From: a virus
DNA length: 64,000 bases
Reading direction: 5' to 3' (one strand)
IMG/VR virus record: IMGVR_UViG_3300026484_000333
Coordinates: 19,932-83,931 of that record
Shown piece after piece: positions 1-11,153 of the stretch; the stretch's first letter is position 1, and each line of letters opens with the position of its first letter. The translations under genes were made by a program, and so were the position numbers. The notes under the pieces were generated by a model, which did not search any database, was not told where the DNA came from, and was given only the letters and a program-made list of their open reading frames with translations.

Positions 1-922
1 TATCAACAACTTTTACACCATCAACATATACATTTAATTTTCCTTCTGTATTATTAATAGTAATAACCAATGTAACAATACCCCTGCCTTCTACTATATC
101 CATAATATTACATAGTATCACATCATCAAAATATAAATTACCATTGTTTAAATCTGTAAAAATAGACATTGTTGTTTCATTTGTATAATAATCTGATGTA
201 TAATTATAAATAAACATTTTATTAATTTTACCTGAACAACGAGCTTTTACTAATTCAGAAAATTGAGCTGTTAAAACAATTGAAACATCACCATTTATCT
301 TATGAGAGGAAGAAGATATTGAATTACACACAATTCTACTATTTAAATAAGGAGCAGTTCTTCCGTATGCATTATAATTCCCTCCTCCACAACCTGTGTT
401 TCCTCCTCCTTCAAAAAATACTTTATCTTTCTTTTTAGCAAATCGATGTATATTTCCTCCAAACGAGATAATATAAGTAAAATCCACATCATACCCATAA
501 CTTCCTTGTATCCAAGCTTTATTGTTTTCAATGGTATTTTCTAAATAATTTGCCAAAACCCTCATAGGTTTTGCACTACCCTTTTTCACATCAATTGTAA
601 CAATATCTCCGTCTTGCCAAGCATTATCTCCTTGTCTAATTGTAAAGCTAATAATGCCATTATCATAAGCTTGGTCAATTTGTGCATCATCTTTTGCCCC
701 ACTAACACTGCCTGTTACTTTAAAAACATCGTTAGTACCATCGTATCTTAATTCCCAAGTTTCTGTTTGAACTGTATTTTGATTAAAAGTAATATTTTCA
801 ATATTTCCATCACCTTGTGCTAAATCATAACTTGTTTCCATACTAACAGGGTTACTTAAAAATTCTACTAAATTATCAATAGCCTCTTTTACTGTCTTCT
901 TGCACTCAACTCTATATGCCAT
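1..922 (-). CDS. Tail/distal-tail structural protein (runs off the window start; not in the ORF track)
   Basis: Manual translation from ATG at 922 (MAYRVECKKTVKEAIDNL...) stays open to base 1. It lies directly downstream of the tape measure gene. It contains the TETWE..VTGSVSG.KDDA..YDNGIISF.I..GD..TIDV module also present in the tail tube protein, and a LamG-like ending (LNVYVDG). Confidence 0.8.
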   Translation of the reverse strand, partial: MAYRVECKKTVKEAIDNLVEFLSNPVSMETSYDLAQGDGNIENITFNQNTVQTETWELRYDGTNDVFKVTGSVSGAKDDAQIDQAYDNGIISFTIRQGDNAWQDGDIVTIDVKKGSAKPMRVLANYLENTIENNKAWIQGSYGYDVDFTYIISFGGNIHRFAKKKDKVFFEGGGNTGCGGGNYNAYGRTAPYLNSRIVCNSISSSSHKINGDVSIVLTAQFSELVKARCSGKINKMFIYNYTSDYYTNETTMSIFTDLNNGNLYFDDVILCNIMDIVEGRGIVTLVITINNTEGKLNVYVDGVKVVD

Positions 923-955
923 TAATTAACCTTTTTTAATGAATTTTACTATAAT

Positions 956-986
956 TTATATCGGAAAGTAAGTCTCGCCTACTTAC
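956..986 (-). promoter_or_regulatory. Hairpin (GTAAGT/ACTTAC) at the tape measure stop, followed by late-promoter core CCGATATAA
   Basis: Inverted repeat 968-973/981-986; TTATATCGG at 956-964, about 35 nt upstream of ATG 922. Confidence 0.6.
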
Positions 987-3900
987 CTTCCTACAACATT
1001 CTTAATTATTTCTCTACCACTTCTACTTGTTAAATAATCTTCAAAAGCTTTAGTATCTACACTGTTTAATATTACAATTTCTGGTGTAGGAGCGGTTACG
1101 TTCACTTGTGGTGTTGTGTTACCACTTGCTTTAATTGCTTTAACCTCTTCTTTGCTTAATACATACTCACCTTTTTGTAGAATAGCTGGAATTTCATCAT
1201 CTTTCAAACCACCCATTTGTTTATTGGCAGTCTTTCTATCAACATAACCTCCTGTATGATATTTTTGAGCTTTTATAACTGCTACTCTCATCATACCTGT
1301 AGCAATAGCCAACCCAGCCGCCACGAAGTTTATTGGAGGAGGCAAGGTTGCCATAGCTTGTTGTGCAGAAGTATAAGTGTCTATAATGGCTTGGGCAACT
1401 CTCATAGCTTTATAAACCCTAAACCATTTTTTCTGTTTTAACAGTCCTGCCCTCATCATATCATCTAAAGCACTTGCAAATTGTCCTATATAACCACTTA
1501 CAGCACTTAAAGAGGCATTAAGACTTGCTGTCTCCATTGCCTTTCTTTTTTCAACTTCAGCTTTAATAATTTCAGTCTTCAACTGTTCAATCTGTTTTAG
1601 ACCTTCAATTTCAGACATTCTTCCAGCCATAACTGCTTGTTGTATTTCAAGTTCTTTTGCTTGAATTAAAGCTTTTTTCTCATCATAATACTGTTTTATC
1701 AACTCAATCTGTTGTTGATATTGTTGATAAGCATTTATAGCTCCTGCAGTTCCGCTATCCAACTGTCCTGCTTTTATACCTTCTTGGACTTGTTGTTGTT
1801 TTTGTTTTAATTCCTTCTCTTTAACACCAATATATGCACTTATATTAGCAAAATAGGCATCTAATTTTGCTTTATCTTGTTCAGTGTTAAAATTAACAAT
1901 ACTTAATTTCTGTCTATTTTCATACATTTTATTTTGAATATCAAATAAAATATTATTTGCAGGATTGTTCATAGATTTTGTTTCTCTATTCATTTCAGCA
2001 ATTATTGCTAACATCTTCTGTTTCAATTTTACTTCTTTTATTTCCGCTTTTAAAGTACTTTTCTTTAATTCTTCTTCTTTTTGATACAGACCTTTTATTT
2101 CGTTTTCTAATTGTTTTTTTCTTTCTAATAATTGAGTTCTTTGTTCTTCATCTTTATAACCTGTCGTTCTTAAGGCTTTTATTTGCATAATCAAATTATA
2201 ATATTCTCTTTCTTTTGTAACTCTTTGATTATAATAAGTTTTATATAAACTATCTAATCTTTGTACTTCTTTTTGGGCTTCAAGCAAATCATCTTTAATA
2301 GGTAATCTGCCTGTTTGACTGATTTGTTTTAGTTCATTAAAAGACTGTCTTAATTTATCTGCAAGTTTTGTTATCTCGCTTTCAACAATCCCAAAATCTT
2401 TAAAATTAAAAATATCTTTTATCTGATAATCTACACTCTTAACAGCTATTGGTTGTTTATTTGTTTTTGGCAATAAAGAATTAGTGCTTTCTATTCTTGC
2501 TTTTAAAATACCCTCTAAATTAGCAAAATCTTTATCTAATCCGCTTAAATAAGCTTTTAATGACTGATAAACATTTTTATCCAAACTATCTTTCATTTTA
2601 TCTAAAAGCAATTTAAGCTTCAAAAATTCTGCTTCTAATTTTACAACATCTTTAGGATTAGTTGCATTTTTCATCATATTTTTAAATTTATCAAGTTCTC
2701 TATTTAAATCTTGAGGTAAAACATCTTTAGAAATTTTTGCTTGTTTAAAACTTATTTCCATTGATTTTACTAAACCGTCCATTGTATTTTTAAAGGCTTT
2801 GTCTATTTCTTGATTTAGATTTCTACTTAAATCAGAAACATCTAACCCTTGTTTTAGAAAATATTTTATCTTTTCTGCTATTTGTTGAAATCTTTGTACT
2901 TCTTCTTTTGAAACAATTTTTATTAAACCTTTTTTTGTTTTTTCTTTCATATTTTTTATACTAACACCAAATTTATTCTCAAAATCTTTTATATCTCTAT
3001 TAAGTTGTTCTAACGGATTGACATCAAATTCCATTAGATTTAGATTTTGTTTCATTTTTTCTATTTCTTGGTTAAGAGTTTTACTTTGAGTAACAGCTTT
3101 TGAGAAATCAGGCTGTAAATTTTCCCAAGTCACATTTCCCTTCACAGCTTGAGTAACCACAGGAGTTTTTTCCTGATAAGGCTCAAACACACTAATAGGT
3201 TTTTGTGTTTGATTTTTCGGTTTATAATTAGCAAATTGTTTTAATTTTTCTAATTGCTTTTCTAATAAGTCTATTTGTTTAGAAATTTCTTCTGAATTAG
3301 TTTTATTATATTCAATTTTTAATCTCTCAAGTTTGGCACTTAATAGCTGGTATTCTATATATTTTTGTGCTTTATCTATCTCTTCTTGTTTTTGTTTTAC
3401 AACTTGTTCTTGCTGACCTACAATTTTTTTATAAACTTCTAATTGTTGTTCTATTTTATTTAACTCATTAGTCAGAATCTTAACTCTTTCTTGGTCATTA
3501 TTTACCAATGCTTCTGCTAACTGTTTTTTAAATTGTTGTTTTTTGGCTATCAAACTATCATATTGTGAAACCAAACTATTTAATTTTTGTTGTTCAGCTA
3601 AAAGACCATTGCTTCTAGCAATTTCTTCATTTACATTTTTAACAGTCATAAATAATTTTACAAAAGCCCCAACAGCCAAAGTTGCCAATAAAACATAAGG
3701 ATTTCTCAAGGCAATCGCTCCTATTGCTGTTAAAGCACTCATTATTTTCTTTAATACTCCTACTAACCCTAAACCTGCCACACTTGCACTACTAAATATA
3801 CTTACTAAATTTTTTATACCCCTAAAAACAACCAAACCGCCTAAAGTAACCCCTATACCTTTTATTATAGTCCAAATATTACTTAAATCCTTTTGAATTT

Positions 3901-6900
3901 GTGGCATTGCATTATTAATTGCATTAATCCATTCAGTTGTTTTAGTAATCATTCTTTCTAATACAGGCAAGGCATTTTGCATTAAACCGCTAAAGGCTAA
4001 ACCTAAACTATTTTTTAATTGTTCCCATTTAGTTATATAGGTTTCAAGCATAACATTAGATTTCTCTAATTCACCATTAACACCATTATTTAACACTTTT
4101 AACTGTTCTAAAATAGCAGAGGCTTGGTTTCTCATAGCACTCAAGGTCTGCCTTGCCAACACCTCCATACCGCCAACCGCTTGTTGAAACTCTTGGTCAC
4201 TCATATTCTTCAGTCTTTTAACAAGCCAGACCATCATTCTTTCACTATCTTTTGCACTTTTACTTACTTGTTGTGCAAACAATTGCTGATTAACACCAAG
4301 ACTTTTAAAGAATTGCTGAACAGCCCCAGAATTATCTTGTAATATAATTCCTAATCTTCTTATGCTTGTACCTATTGTACTAGCCTCAAAACCTGCGTTT
4401 GAAAAAGCAATAGCCAACGCTTCAATAAAATGTCTTGTAATATTAGCACTTTTGGCAGTTGCTAGAGCGTAGTTTGAGAACACATTAATATCTTCTGTTG
4501 ATAACTTACTTGCATTTGCTACATAAGTCAATTCATCCGCTAATTGCTTGATACTAACTCCCGCCTGATTATAGTTATGAATATAAGTAATCAAGGCATT
4601 TGCAGTTGTTTCAAATTGGTCACCTGTTAATTTTGACATTTTAATTACATATTCAGTAACTTTAACTAATTTATCACTCTCAATTCCAGCCCTACCAAGA
4701 GCCATTGCTACTTCATTAATTGATTTAATATCTCCGCCATAAGCAATACCAAGTCTTACCAATCTTTCTTCTAAATGTTTTGCTTTACTTGCACTAATAT
4801 CAAAAACAGCACTCATTTTACCAACAGCTTCATTCATTTGAACAATAAAACCAAAACCTCTTTGAATAACATTTATAACTTGATAAATACTCATATATAA
4901 AGCACTATACCCAAGTGCCATTTTAGTGATATGTTTAATAAATTTAGTAAACGAAGTTTCCTGTAATTTGGCTTTTATTTTTGTTAAAGACAAATCAAGT
5001 TTATTTAACTGTTTTACTGACTCATCAGCACCTTTTTTAATATTTGCAAAAATATTGGTGTTAAAAGTCCCCGTTCTCATACTTATTTTTAACTGTTCTT
5101 GTGCCTTTGACAATTCTTCTAATTTTTTAGTATATTGTTCAATTAATTTTTGGGCTTCTTTAATATCTTTTTCATTTGCAAATTCTTTTCTACTACTAAT
5201 TTGTGTTTGTAAATTTTGAATAATTTTCATATACCTATTTTTAACTCTTTCAAGCTCTTTAATAAATCTGTTGGCATCTTTATACAAACCGTCAAACAAT
5301 TTTATTTCTTGTGGATTTGATTTTTTAACAGATTCCATAAATTTATCAAAAGCATTTTTATCTGAAAATAAAACTTCTCTTAAATTTTTAGAACTTAATA
5401 CGATAGCATTCAATCTTTTTTCAAAATCTTTTAAAGCTGTTACATCTCCCGTTTTTTTAATTTCATTACTTAAAATATTAAACTCATTCGTTAATTCCCT
5501 TATTGTATCTCTTGGAACTCCATAACCACTTAAAATTTTTAAAGTATCTTTTAAAGTCTTTAATTTCCTTTCAGTCTCTGATAAATTTTTGGTTTCTTTT
5601 TTTAGTTCTCTCATATCTTTTAACAACAAGCCTAAGTATGTAGTTTTACCTAAACTTTTGCTTTCTTCTGCTAATTTTTGAAAATCTTGTTCAAATTTTC
5701 TTAAAACAACTTCATTTACTCCAAGTTTTTTCAAATCATTTTTTAATCTTTCAAAAGCGTCACTTGCTTTAACCAAACCTAAACTATTATTAACTAACTG
5801 TTTTATTTCTTTATTCAATAAAGCTAATGGCTGACTGTTCCCTGTTTTAACTGCCAAATCGTATAACTGTTTGATTTCATTACCATATTGAGCTATTTTA
5901 TTACTATCAATAAAAGGCAACCTACTTGCTTTGTGTATATTCTCTAAAGCCTGTAAATAGAGAGTACTGTACTTTTGTGCATTTTTAAATGTAATCTGTG
6001 CTTCATTGCTAAACTTAACTAAATCTGCTTCTAATTTATCAAACACTCTTGCGTTTTTTAATTTTATACCCTCTTTAAACAATTCATCAATTTTCTGTTT
6101 TAGTTTATTTATCTCCTCTTCACTTTTTCCTAAAATTCTTAAATCAAACAAACTTGACATTAATTTTTTTCTTTTTTCTATTAAAAGACCAAAATCTTTA
6201 TATTCTTTTTCAAGTTCATTTAATTTTTCATTCAATTTATCAACAGGATAAGAAGCATTTTGCACTGCTTTTCTGAAACTATCTAAAGGTTTAATAAGCT
6301 CTTTTTCTAAATTACTATCTAATTTAAACTCTTTAATTTCTTTTAATTTTGTTTTATAAAAATTCAAAGCATTTATTCTATTTTCAATAGCCTTGTTAAA
6401 TAAAGCTAAATTACCGATTCGTTCATTTTTTTCTTTAATTGCAATAAGTTTTTTATACTCTTCTTCTAAACCTTTTATTAAAGTTTTACTTCTTGTATAA
6501 GCTTTTAAATTTTCTAAATTAGCTTGAACAAGAGCTTTAATTCCTTTTTCGGTTTGACCTATCGACTGTGTTAAAATATCATAGTCTTTTTTTAAAACTC
6601 CTACCTGTTTTGTAATATCTAACAAGGTTTTTCTGACAATATCAAAATCTTTTGGTGTAATTTTCTGTTCTTGTAATGCTTTTAATTTGTTTTTAAACTG
6701 TAAAATTTTATCATTAATATTTTGAATTTCTTTATTTAAAACACTGAATCTATTTATAAAATTAGGTTTTAATTCAAGGTTTTCAATAACTTTTTTTAAA
6801 TTTACAAGTTCACTATCAAGACTTTTAATTGTATCTTCAATCCCTTTAATACCAACTTGTTTAAACTCAATTAAAATTTCAGCTTTATTGTTTCTATAAG

Positions 6901-6904
6901 CCAT
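983..6904 (-). CDS. Tail tape measure protein
   Basis: 1973 aa, long coiled-coil. Central TMP core (ALGRAG...KLTGDQFETTANAL...AFSNAGFEASTIGTSIRR), hydrophobic segments and C-terminal YHTGG...EIPAILQKGEYVL motif; follows the tail chaperones. Confidence 0.95.
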   Translation of the reverse strand: MAYRNNKAEILIEFKQVGIKGIEDTIKSLDSELVNLKKVIENLELKPNFINRFSVLNKEIQNINDKILQFKNKLKALQEQKITPKDFDIVRKTLLDITKQVGVLKKDYDILTQSIGQTEKGIKALVQANLENLKAYTRSKTLIKGLEEEYKKLIAIKEKNERIGNLALFNKAIENRINALNFYKTKLKEIKEFKLDSNLEKELIKPLDSFRKAVQNASYPVDKLNEKLNELEKEYKDFGLLIEKRKKLMSSLFDLRILGKSEEEINKLKQKIDELFKEGIKLKNARVFDKLEADLVKFSNEAQITFKNAQKYSTLYLQALENIHKASRLPFIDSNKIAQYGNEIKQLYDLAVKTGNSQPLALLNKEIKQLVNNSLGLVKASDAFERLKNDLKKLGVNEVVLRKFEQDFQKLAEESKSLGKTTYLGLLLKDMRELKKETKNLSETERKLKTLKDTLKILSGYGVPRDTIRELTNEFNILSNEIKKTGDVTALKDFEKRLNAIVLSSKNLREVLFSDKNAFDKFMESVKKSNPQEIKLFDGLYKDANRFIKELERVKNRYMKIIQNLQTQISSRKEFANEKDIKEAQKLIEQYTKKLEELSKAQEQLKISMRTGTFNTNIFANIKKGADESVKQLNKLDLSLTKIKAKLQETSFTKFIKHITKMALGYSALYMSIYQVINVIQRGFGFIVQMNEAVGKMSAVFDISASKAKHLEERLVRLGIAYGGDIKSINEVAMALGRAGIESDKLVKVTEYVIKMSKLTGDQFETTANALITYIHNYNQAGVSIKQLADELTYVANASKLSTEDINVFSNYALATAKSANITRHFIEALAIAFSNAGFEASTIGTSIRRLGIILQDNSGAVQQFFKSLGVNQQLFAQQVSKSAKDSERMMVWLVKRLKNMSDQEFQQAVGGMEVLARQTLSAMRNQASAILEQLKVLNNGVNGELEKSNVMLETYITKWEQLKNSLGLAFSGLMQNALPVLERMITKTTEWINAINNAMPQIQKDLSNIWTIIKGIGVTLGGLVVFRGIKNLVSIFSSASVAGLGLVGVLKKIMSALTAIGAIALRNPYVLLATLAVGAFVKLFMTVKNVNEEIARSNGLLAEQQKLNSLVSQYDSLIAKKQQFKKQLAEALVNNDQERVKILTNELNKIEQQLEVYKKIVGQQEQVVKQKQEEIDKAQKYIEYQLLSAKLERLKIEYNKTNSEEISKQIDLLEKQLEKLKQFANYKPKNQTQKPISVFEPYQEKTPVVTQAVKGNVTWENLQPDFSKAVTQSKTLNQEIEKMKQNLNLMEFDVNPLEQLNRDIKDFENKFGVSIKNMKEKTKKGLIKIVSKEEVQRFQQIAEKIKYFLKQGLDVSDLSRNLNQEIDKAFKNTMDGLVKSMEISFKQAKISKDVLPQDLNRELDKFKNMMKNATNPKDVVKLEAEFLKLKLLLDKMKDSLDKNVYQSLKAYLSGLDKDFANLEGILKARIESTNSLLPKTNKQPIAVKSVDYQIKDIFNFKDFGIVESEITKLADKLRQSFNELKQISQTGRLPIKDDLLEAQKEVQRLDSLYKTYYNQRVTKEREYYNLIMQIKALRTTGYKDEEQRTQLLERKKQLENEIKGLYQKEEELKKSTLKAEIKEVKLKQKMLAIIAEMNRETKSMNNPANNILFDIQNKMYENRQKLSIVNFNTEQDKAKLDAYFANISAYIGVKEKELKQKQQQVQEGIKAGQLDSGTAGAINAYQQYQQQIELIKQYYDEKKALIQAKELEIQQAVMAGRMSEIEGLKQIEQLKTEIIKAEVEKRKAMETASLNASLSAVSGYIGQFASALDDMMRAGLLKQKKWFRVYKAMRVAQAIIDTYTSAQQAMATLPPPINFVAAGLAIATGMMRVAVIKAQKYHTGGYVDRKTANKQMGGLKDDEIPAILQKGEYVLSKEEVKAIKASGNTTPQVNVTAPTPEIVILNSVDTKAFEDYLTSRSGREIIKNVVGR

Positions 6905-6981
6905 TATAAAATCCTTTGAAACTTATTATTACTAATAGATATATCAGATAAGATTAATATAGATAGAATAAAAAATTAAAT

Positions 6982-7126
6982 GAATTTTTGGTTGGATATA
7001 AATATAAACTTTAAGGCTCCGGACACTTTCGGACAGCTTTAAAACCCCCTAAAATTCGGGATTTTAAATTTTAAACGTAAAAAATCTTTTACAAAAATCG
7101 CCAAAACTCTTGTATAAAATCCTTTA
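6982..7126 (+). repeat. Dispersed ~150-bp intergenic element, copy 1
   Basis: Shares block GTTGGATATAAATATAAACTTTAAGGCTCCGGACACTTTC(G/A)GACA and end block CAAAACTCTTGTATAAAATCCTTTA with 26055-26211 and (inverted) 34102-34258. Confidence 0.95.
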
Positions 7127-7145
7127 TAAAAAGAGGAAAGAAGTA

Positions 7146-7643
7146 TTAAACTCCAACGAAAGAATGGTTGATGAAAACTATTAATTGGTCACTATCAGTT
7201 ACGTCAAAAGCAGAATCAAATAAAAAGTGATTTAAGGCTACTGTAGGAGAATTAGGGTCATCAACTAAAGCACCTTCAGAAATATTGTTTGCAACAACAT
7301 CACCAACCTCATAAGTTATTCTGTATGTTATAACATTCTCACCACCGTTTGTATTACCCTCGTCTGTATAATTTCTTTGAGGAAAACCTGAATCTACTTG
7401 TCTGGCACTAGGGTCTATATAGTTGTTAACATCTGTATCGTCTTTTGTAGGGTTGTCAGTACCCGTACCGAGTCTTAAATATAAAGTATCAAGATTACTT
7501 GTTTCATTCATTACTTTTTTAGCATAATGAATATCACCTGCATTTGTTACTATATTATGACCTTTAATAATCTTTTCTTTTCCTGTTTTTTTATTAACTA
7601 TTTTTACTAAAATATTATCTTTTACAATTCCCTTAATCAGCAT
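7146..7643 (-). CDS. Virion structural protein (tail/fibre-attachment type)
   Basis: HNIVTNAG...LRLGTGTDNPTKDDT motif typical of tail structural proteins; lies in the tail module with its own CTGATATA motif at 7670-7677. Confidence 0.6.
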   Translation of the reverse strand: MLIKGIVKDNILVKIVNKKTGKEKIIKGHNIVTNAGDIHYAKKVMNETSNLDTLYLRLGTGTDNPTKDDTDVNNYIDPSARQVDSGFPQRNYTDEGNTNGGENVITYRITYEVGDVVANNISEGALVDDPNSPTVALNHFLFDSAFDVTDSDQLIVFINHSFVGV

Positions 7644-7673
7644 AAAAACTCCTTATTATTCTTTATAAATATA

Positions 7674-8339
7674 TCAGAAATTAATTTCTTTATTCTTTTG
7701 TAACTCTTTCATCTCTTCTTGTTGTATTTTATCATAAAGTTTTAAACTTGCTAAATAAAAAAATTTAGTTTGGTCATACAATCCTCCTTCATCAGGAAGA
7801 AAGCCTTTTTCAAAAGCATTATAGCACTCAATAGCCTCTGCAATTAAATTCTTATCAACATCATAAATAGGACAATAAGTATAAACTTTATCTCCTACAT
7901 AAACTTTAAAATCTTTTTTCTTATTTTTCTCTCCTCTGTATCCACAATTTCTAACCCTGTCAAGTCTTTTTGCTCTACAAACCTCACACTTCCAAGTTTC
8001 TGCTTTAAATTTGTTATCAAAATAAATTTCTATACTATCATATAAACGATTTAAAACTTCTAAAGTAACATCACTTTTTTCAAAAATTTCTTTTCCAACT
8101 TCTTTTATAGTTTCCGCTGATAAAAAAGAAAAAGGAAGTTCTACTCCTCTTTTATCTTCTATTTTAATTAAAGCAAACTTTAAAGCATAATAATATAACT
8201 TTAAAACCTCTCCATTTAACATATACTTTTCAAGAGAGTTTATTTCCCTATATGATAGAGTTCTTGCCATAATTTCAATAAAGGGTTGGGTAGAGGGAGT
8301 AATAAAATGAATTACTTTATGACTTCTTACTTCATTCAT
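7674..8339 (-). CDS. Tail assembly chaperone (second)
   Basis: Synteny between tail tube and TMP; Cys-rich C-terminus with CPI and GFLPDEGGLYDQ motif. Confidence 0.65.
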   Translation of the reverse strand: MNEVRSHKVIHFITPSTQPFIEIMARTLSYREINSLEKYMLNGEVLKLYYYALKFALIKIEDKRGVELPFSFLSAETIKEVGKEIFEKSDVTLEVLNRLYDSIEIYFDNKFKAETWKCEVCRAKRLDRVRNCGYRGEKNKKKDFKVYVGDKVYTYCPIYDVDKNLIAEAIECYNAFEKGFLPDEGGLYDQTKFFYLASLKLYDKIQQEEMKELQKNKEINF

Positions 8340-8742
8340 CGCTTTCTATATCACCCAAATACATTTTTGCATTTTCTGGGTCTTTAGAAACTCCAACAAT
8401 TACATTTGCAATTTCCGCAATATAAGATACAGGCAAATAATTTAAAGTCTCATCAGAAATACCTATTTCATCTCTTATAATAGGAATTTCCCTATTTCTT
8501 TCGTCTAATAGGTTTCTCCAATCAACAATTCCTCTTTTACAAACCTCCCAATTGTACGACCCTGTTGAAACACTTACACTTTCATCTTTGTTAAGTCTAA
8601 CCATTTTATCTTCAATTTCAATAAGTTCTTTTGGGGTTAAAGGTCTGATTTCAACTGTAAAAGGGTCTTTTTCGTCCCTTTGTAGAATAGGAATGTATCT
8701 ATAAGTGATATCTTTTTTTGTTCTATCAATTTTAATTGCCAT
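8332..8742 (-). CDS. Tail assembly chaperone
   Basis: 136 aa immediately after the tail tube gene; GIVDWRNL motif typical of TACs. Confidence 0.75.
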   Translation of the reverse strand: MAIKIDRTKKDITYRYIPILQRDEKDPFTVEIRPLTPKELIEIEDKMVRLNKDESVSVSTGSYNWEVCKRGIVDWRNLLDERNREIPIIRDEIGISDETLNYLPVSYIAEIANVIVGVSKDPENAKMYLGDIESDE

Positions 8743-8790
8743 TTTTGATTCCTTTCATTGATTTATTTTTAATTAATAAAGCACACAAAA

Positions 8791-10116
8791 TTATTTGTGT
8801 GCTAGATAAAATGCTTCACCTAAAACAGGATGTTCATATGCTTCAAACTCAAGTTTGTTAGCAAGAACACCATCATCATCTTCAACACTAACACTTGTAT
8901 ATTTGATGTATGGTAACCAAATTGCAAATTTATGTTTTTGTGTTTCATCATCAGTTTCAGTTCTCATTTCAAGGAAAAACTCTGCTGTTTGATTGTTTTT
9001 AAATTTGTTAAGTTCATCCCAATTTTCAAAAGTAACAGTCATTGTTCCTTTGATTGTTTTTTTAGTAATAATTTTTTTCATAATACCAGAAGAAGTAATT
9101 GCTTCTCTGTCAGATACCTGATTTTCAATAGTTATTTCGACATCTTTTCCTTCGTAAGTTTTATTATCAACTGTTAAAATCGCATTTTTACCTACATAAG
9201 GAATTGTTGTTAAATATTGATTTGAAAGTAAAGGCTCATTTTCATTAGTTTCAAAAGAACTTGCTCCTAAATCAATTGACAATGTTGCAATATCAGCAAC
9301 AGGGAAACTAAACTTAACTGAATTAGGAACTGCACCTTTTAGTGTTAGACTTCTACTATCAGTATCATCACAACCATACATTAGTTTAACTGCTAATGAC
9401 TGTTCCTCACCACAAGGTTTAGCAAGTTTGTAAAGGACTGCGTCCCCCTCTTCACCATCTTGAACTTCATAAATTTTATATGCAACGTGTGAAACAACAT
9501 CAATTGTGAATTTATCTCCTACTGCAAAATCAGTTGTACCACTCTCAATTTTAAACTTAATTATTCCATTGTCATAATCTGTACTTGTTGTGGCGTCTTC
9601 TTTTGTACCACTAACACTACCTGTTACACTCCAAACTTCTGCACCAGCAGTGTCAGCATTTGTACATTCAATTGTCCAAGTTTCCGTTACTATAGTGTCC
9701 TCATTGTAACCAAAATTAGTTAAATTACCATCACCTGTATTACCACTATCAGCAGTAATTGTGCTTTCAACTTGTGGAGCTGAATCTGCTCTAATAACTG
9801 CTCCTGTTCCTACTCCAGCCTCTTCTCTTATGCCAAGTGCTACTTCAAGAACAACATTACCTGCAAGGTCATTACTACCGTTTCCAAGTGGTATTAACTC
9901 AAAAGCAAGAGTACCGCTACCAAACTCTTTACCCGGTAATGCAGGGGCTGTAATGTAGGAATTTCTTACAACTTTTCTTTCAATAACATCAATCTCTGGT
10001 TTTAACGCACTATCAGAGGTAACTTCAACTACATCATTGTCTGTAAAATTTCCTCCCTTGTTAAATTCCGCTTCCTTAATAACCGCATATAGCGTAGAAA
10101 GTGTTTTATATGCCAT
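8791..10116 (-). CDS. Major tail tube protein with inserted beta-sandwich domain
   Basis: 441 aa, acidic and beta-rich; tail-tube-like C-terminus (IKGTMTVTF...FAIWLPYIKY...LEFEAY); sits upstream of the chaperones and TMP. Confidence 0.85.
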   Translation of the reverse strand: MAYKTLSTLYAVIKEAEFNKGGNFTDNDVVEVTSDSALKPEIDVIERKVVRNSYITAPALPGKEFGSGTLAFELIPLGNGSNDLAGNVVLEVALGIREEAGVGTGAVIRADSAPQVESTITADSGNTGDGNLTNFGYNEDTIVTETWTIECTNADTAGAEVWSVTGSVSGTKEDATTSTDYDNGIIKFKIESGTTDFAVGDKFTIDVVSHVAYKIYEVQDGEEGDAVLYKLAKPCGEEQSLAVKLMYGCDDTDSRSLTLKGAVPNSVKFSFPVADIATLSIDLGASSFETNENEPLLSNQYLTTIPYVGKNAILTVDNKTYEGKDVEITIENQVSDREAITSSGIMKKIITKKTIKGTMTVTFENWDELNKFKNNQTAEFFLEMRTETDDETQKHKFAIWLPYIKYTSVSVEDDDGVLANKLEFEAYEHPVLGEAFYLAHK

Positions 10117-10163
10117 TCTAATATCCTTTCAACAATATTCTTACAAAGATTATATCGGATTAT

Positions 10164-11153
10164 CTATTCTTCCGCTTCTATCACACCTTCTCCTGCAAAT
10201 TTAATAGGACTTTGTGTTAAAGGATTTAATACTCTGTATTTGACATTTAATTTATCTAAATTATTTTCATTAATTATTTTTGCGTCTATAATTTCTATTT
10301 CTGGTAACTCTAAACCAAAGCTAAATTGAACATTTTTATTATTAATTTCAAAAAACGAAACCTCTTTATATAATAATGAAATTTCCCCAACAGATAAAAT
10401 ACGATTAAAAAATCTTGTTTGGTCAAATAAAGTCTTTTGATAATTTCTATTGCCTGTAGGAGGGAGAAAAGTAAAGTTTCTTTTTAAACACAATCTATAA
10501 GAAATTTTTACACCGTTTTCAAATTCAATAGTCAATTTATTTTTATATAATTCTTTAACACCAAAAGGATATAAAAATTTTACATTAAATAATTTGGTTT
10601 CATTTGGGGCTATTTCTTGTCCTATTTCTAAATCTATTATTTTAATACCATAAGTATTTAAAAATATAATATCTTTAATTTTTAAATTTTCTTTATAACC
10701 ATTTGTAAAGCCTAATTCTAATATTTTATTCTCATCATCAGTTAAATCAACATAAACCCAAAAATTATCATTATATGGATTTTTTGCCCAGATTAAATTA
10801 TTTTTGATTGATATGTCTTTAATATCATATTTATTATAGCTTTGTTTAGTATTATAAACATAAAATGAAGATTTAATATCTGTATAATATGCTTTTGGTT
10901 TGGATTTTTTTGGAAAAATAATATCCCCTGAAAAACTAATATCATTAAAATAAATACAAAAGTTTTTATTAACAAAAGCACTATTACAATAATTCTTACT
11001 GCTTACTATACCTTTAATAGCTTGTTTAATAACAACAACAGAATTATCTGTAATTGATTCTTCTTCTGTATAATATATTCTTAAAAGTATAGGGGTAAAA
11101 CTTTTATCTCCTATATTTGTTTGTTCTTGTATATATTTATAAATCGTAGCCAT
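10164..11153 (-). CDS. Tail-associated protein; C-terminus completes the LamG/tube paralog encoded by the upstream gene
   Basis: Ig-like middle (EIAPNETKLFNVKF); LFDQTRFFNRILSVGEISLLY is a LamG terminal strand and helix; FSFGLELPEIEI resembles the tail-tube C-terminus. TAATG overlap with the upstream gene. Confidence 0.55.
   Translation of the reverse strand: MATIYKYIQEQTNIGDKSFTPILLRIYYTEEESITDNSVVVIKQAIKGIVSSKNYCNSAFVNKNFCIYFNDISFSGDIIFPKKSKPKAYYTDIKSSFYVYNTKQSYNKYDIKDISIKNNLIWAKNPYNDNFWVYVDLTDDENKILELGFTNGYKENLKIKDIIFLNTYGIKIIDLEIGQEIAPNETKLFNVKFLYPFGVKELYKNKLTIEFENGVKISYRLCLKRNFTFLPPTGNRNYQKTLFDQTRFFNRILSVGEISLLYKEVSFFEINNKNVQFSFGLELPEIEIIDAKIINENNLDKLNVKYRVLNPLTQSPIKFAGEGVIEAEE

Noticed and set aside
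343-531. 62-aa minus-strand ORF
   Set aside because: It is out of frame inside the longer tail gene starting at 922.
8332-8345. Lambda G/GT-type frameshift between the tail chaperones
   Set aside because: No XXXYYYZ slippery site near the first stop; the second gene has its own overlapping ATG.
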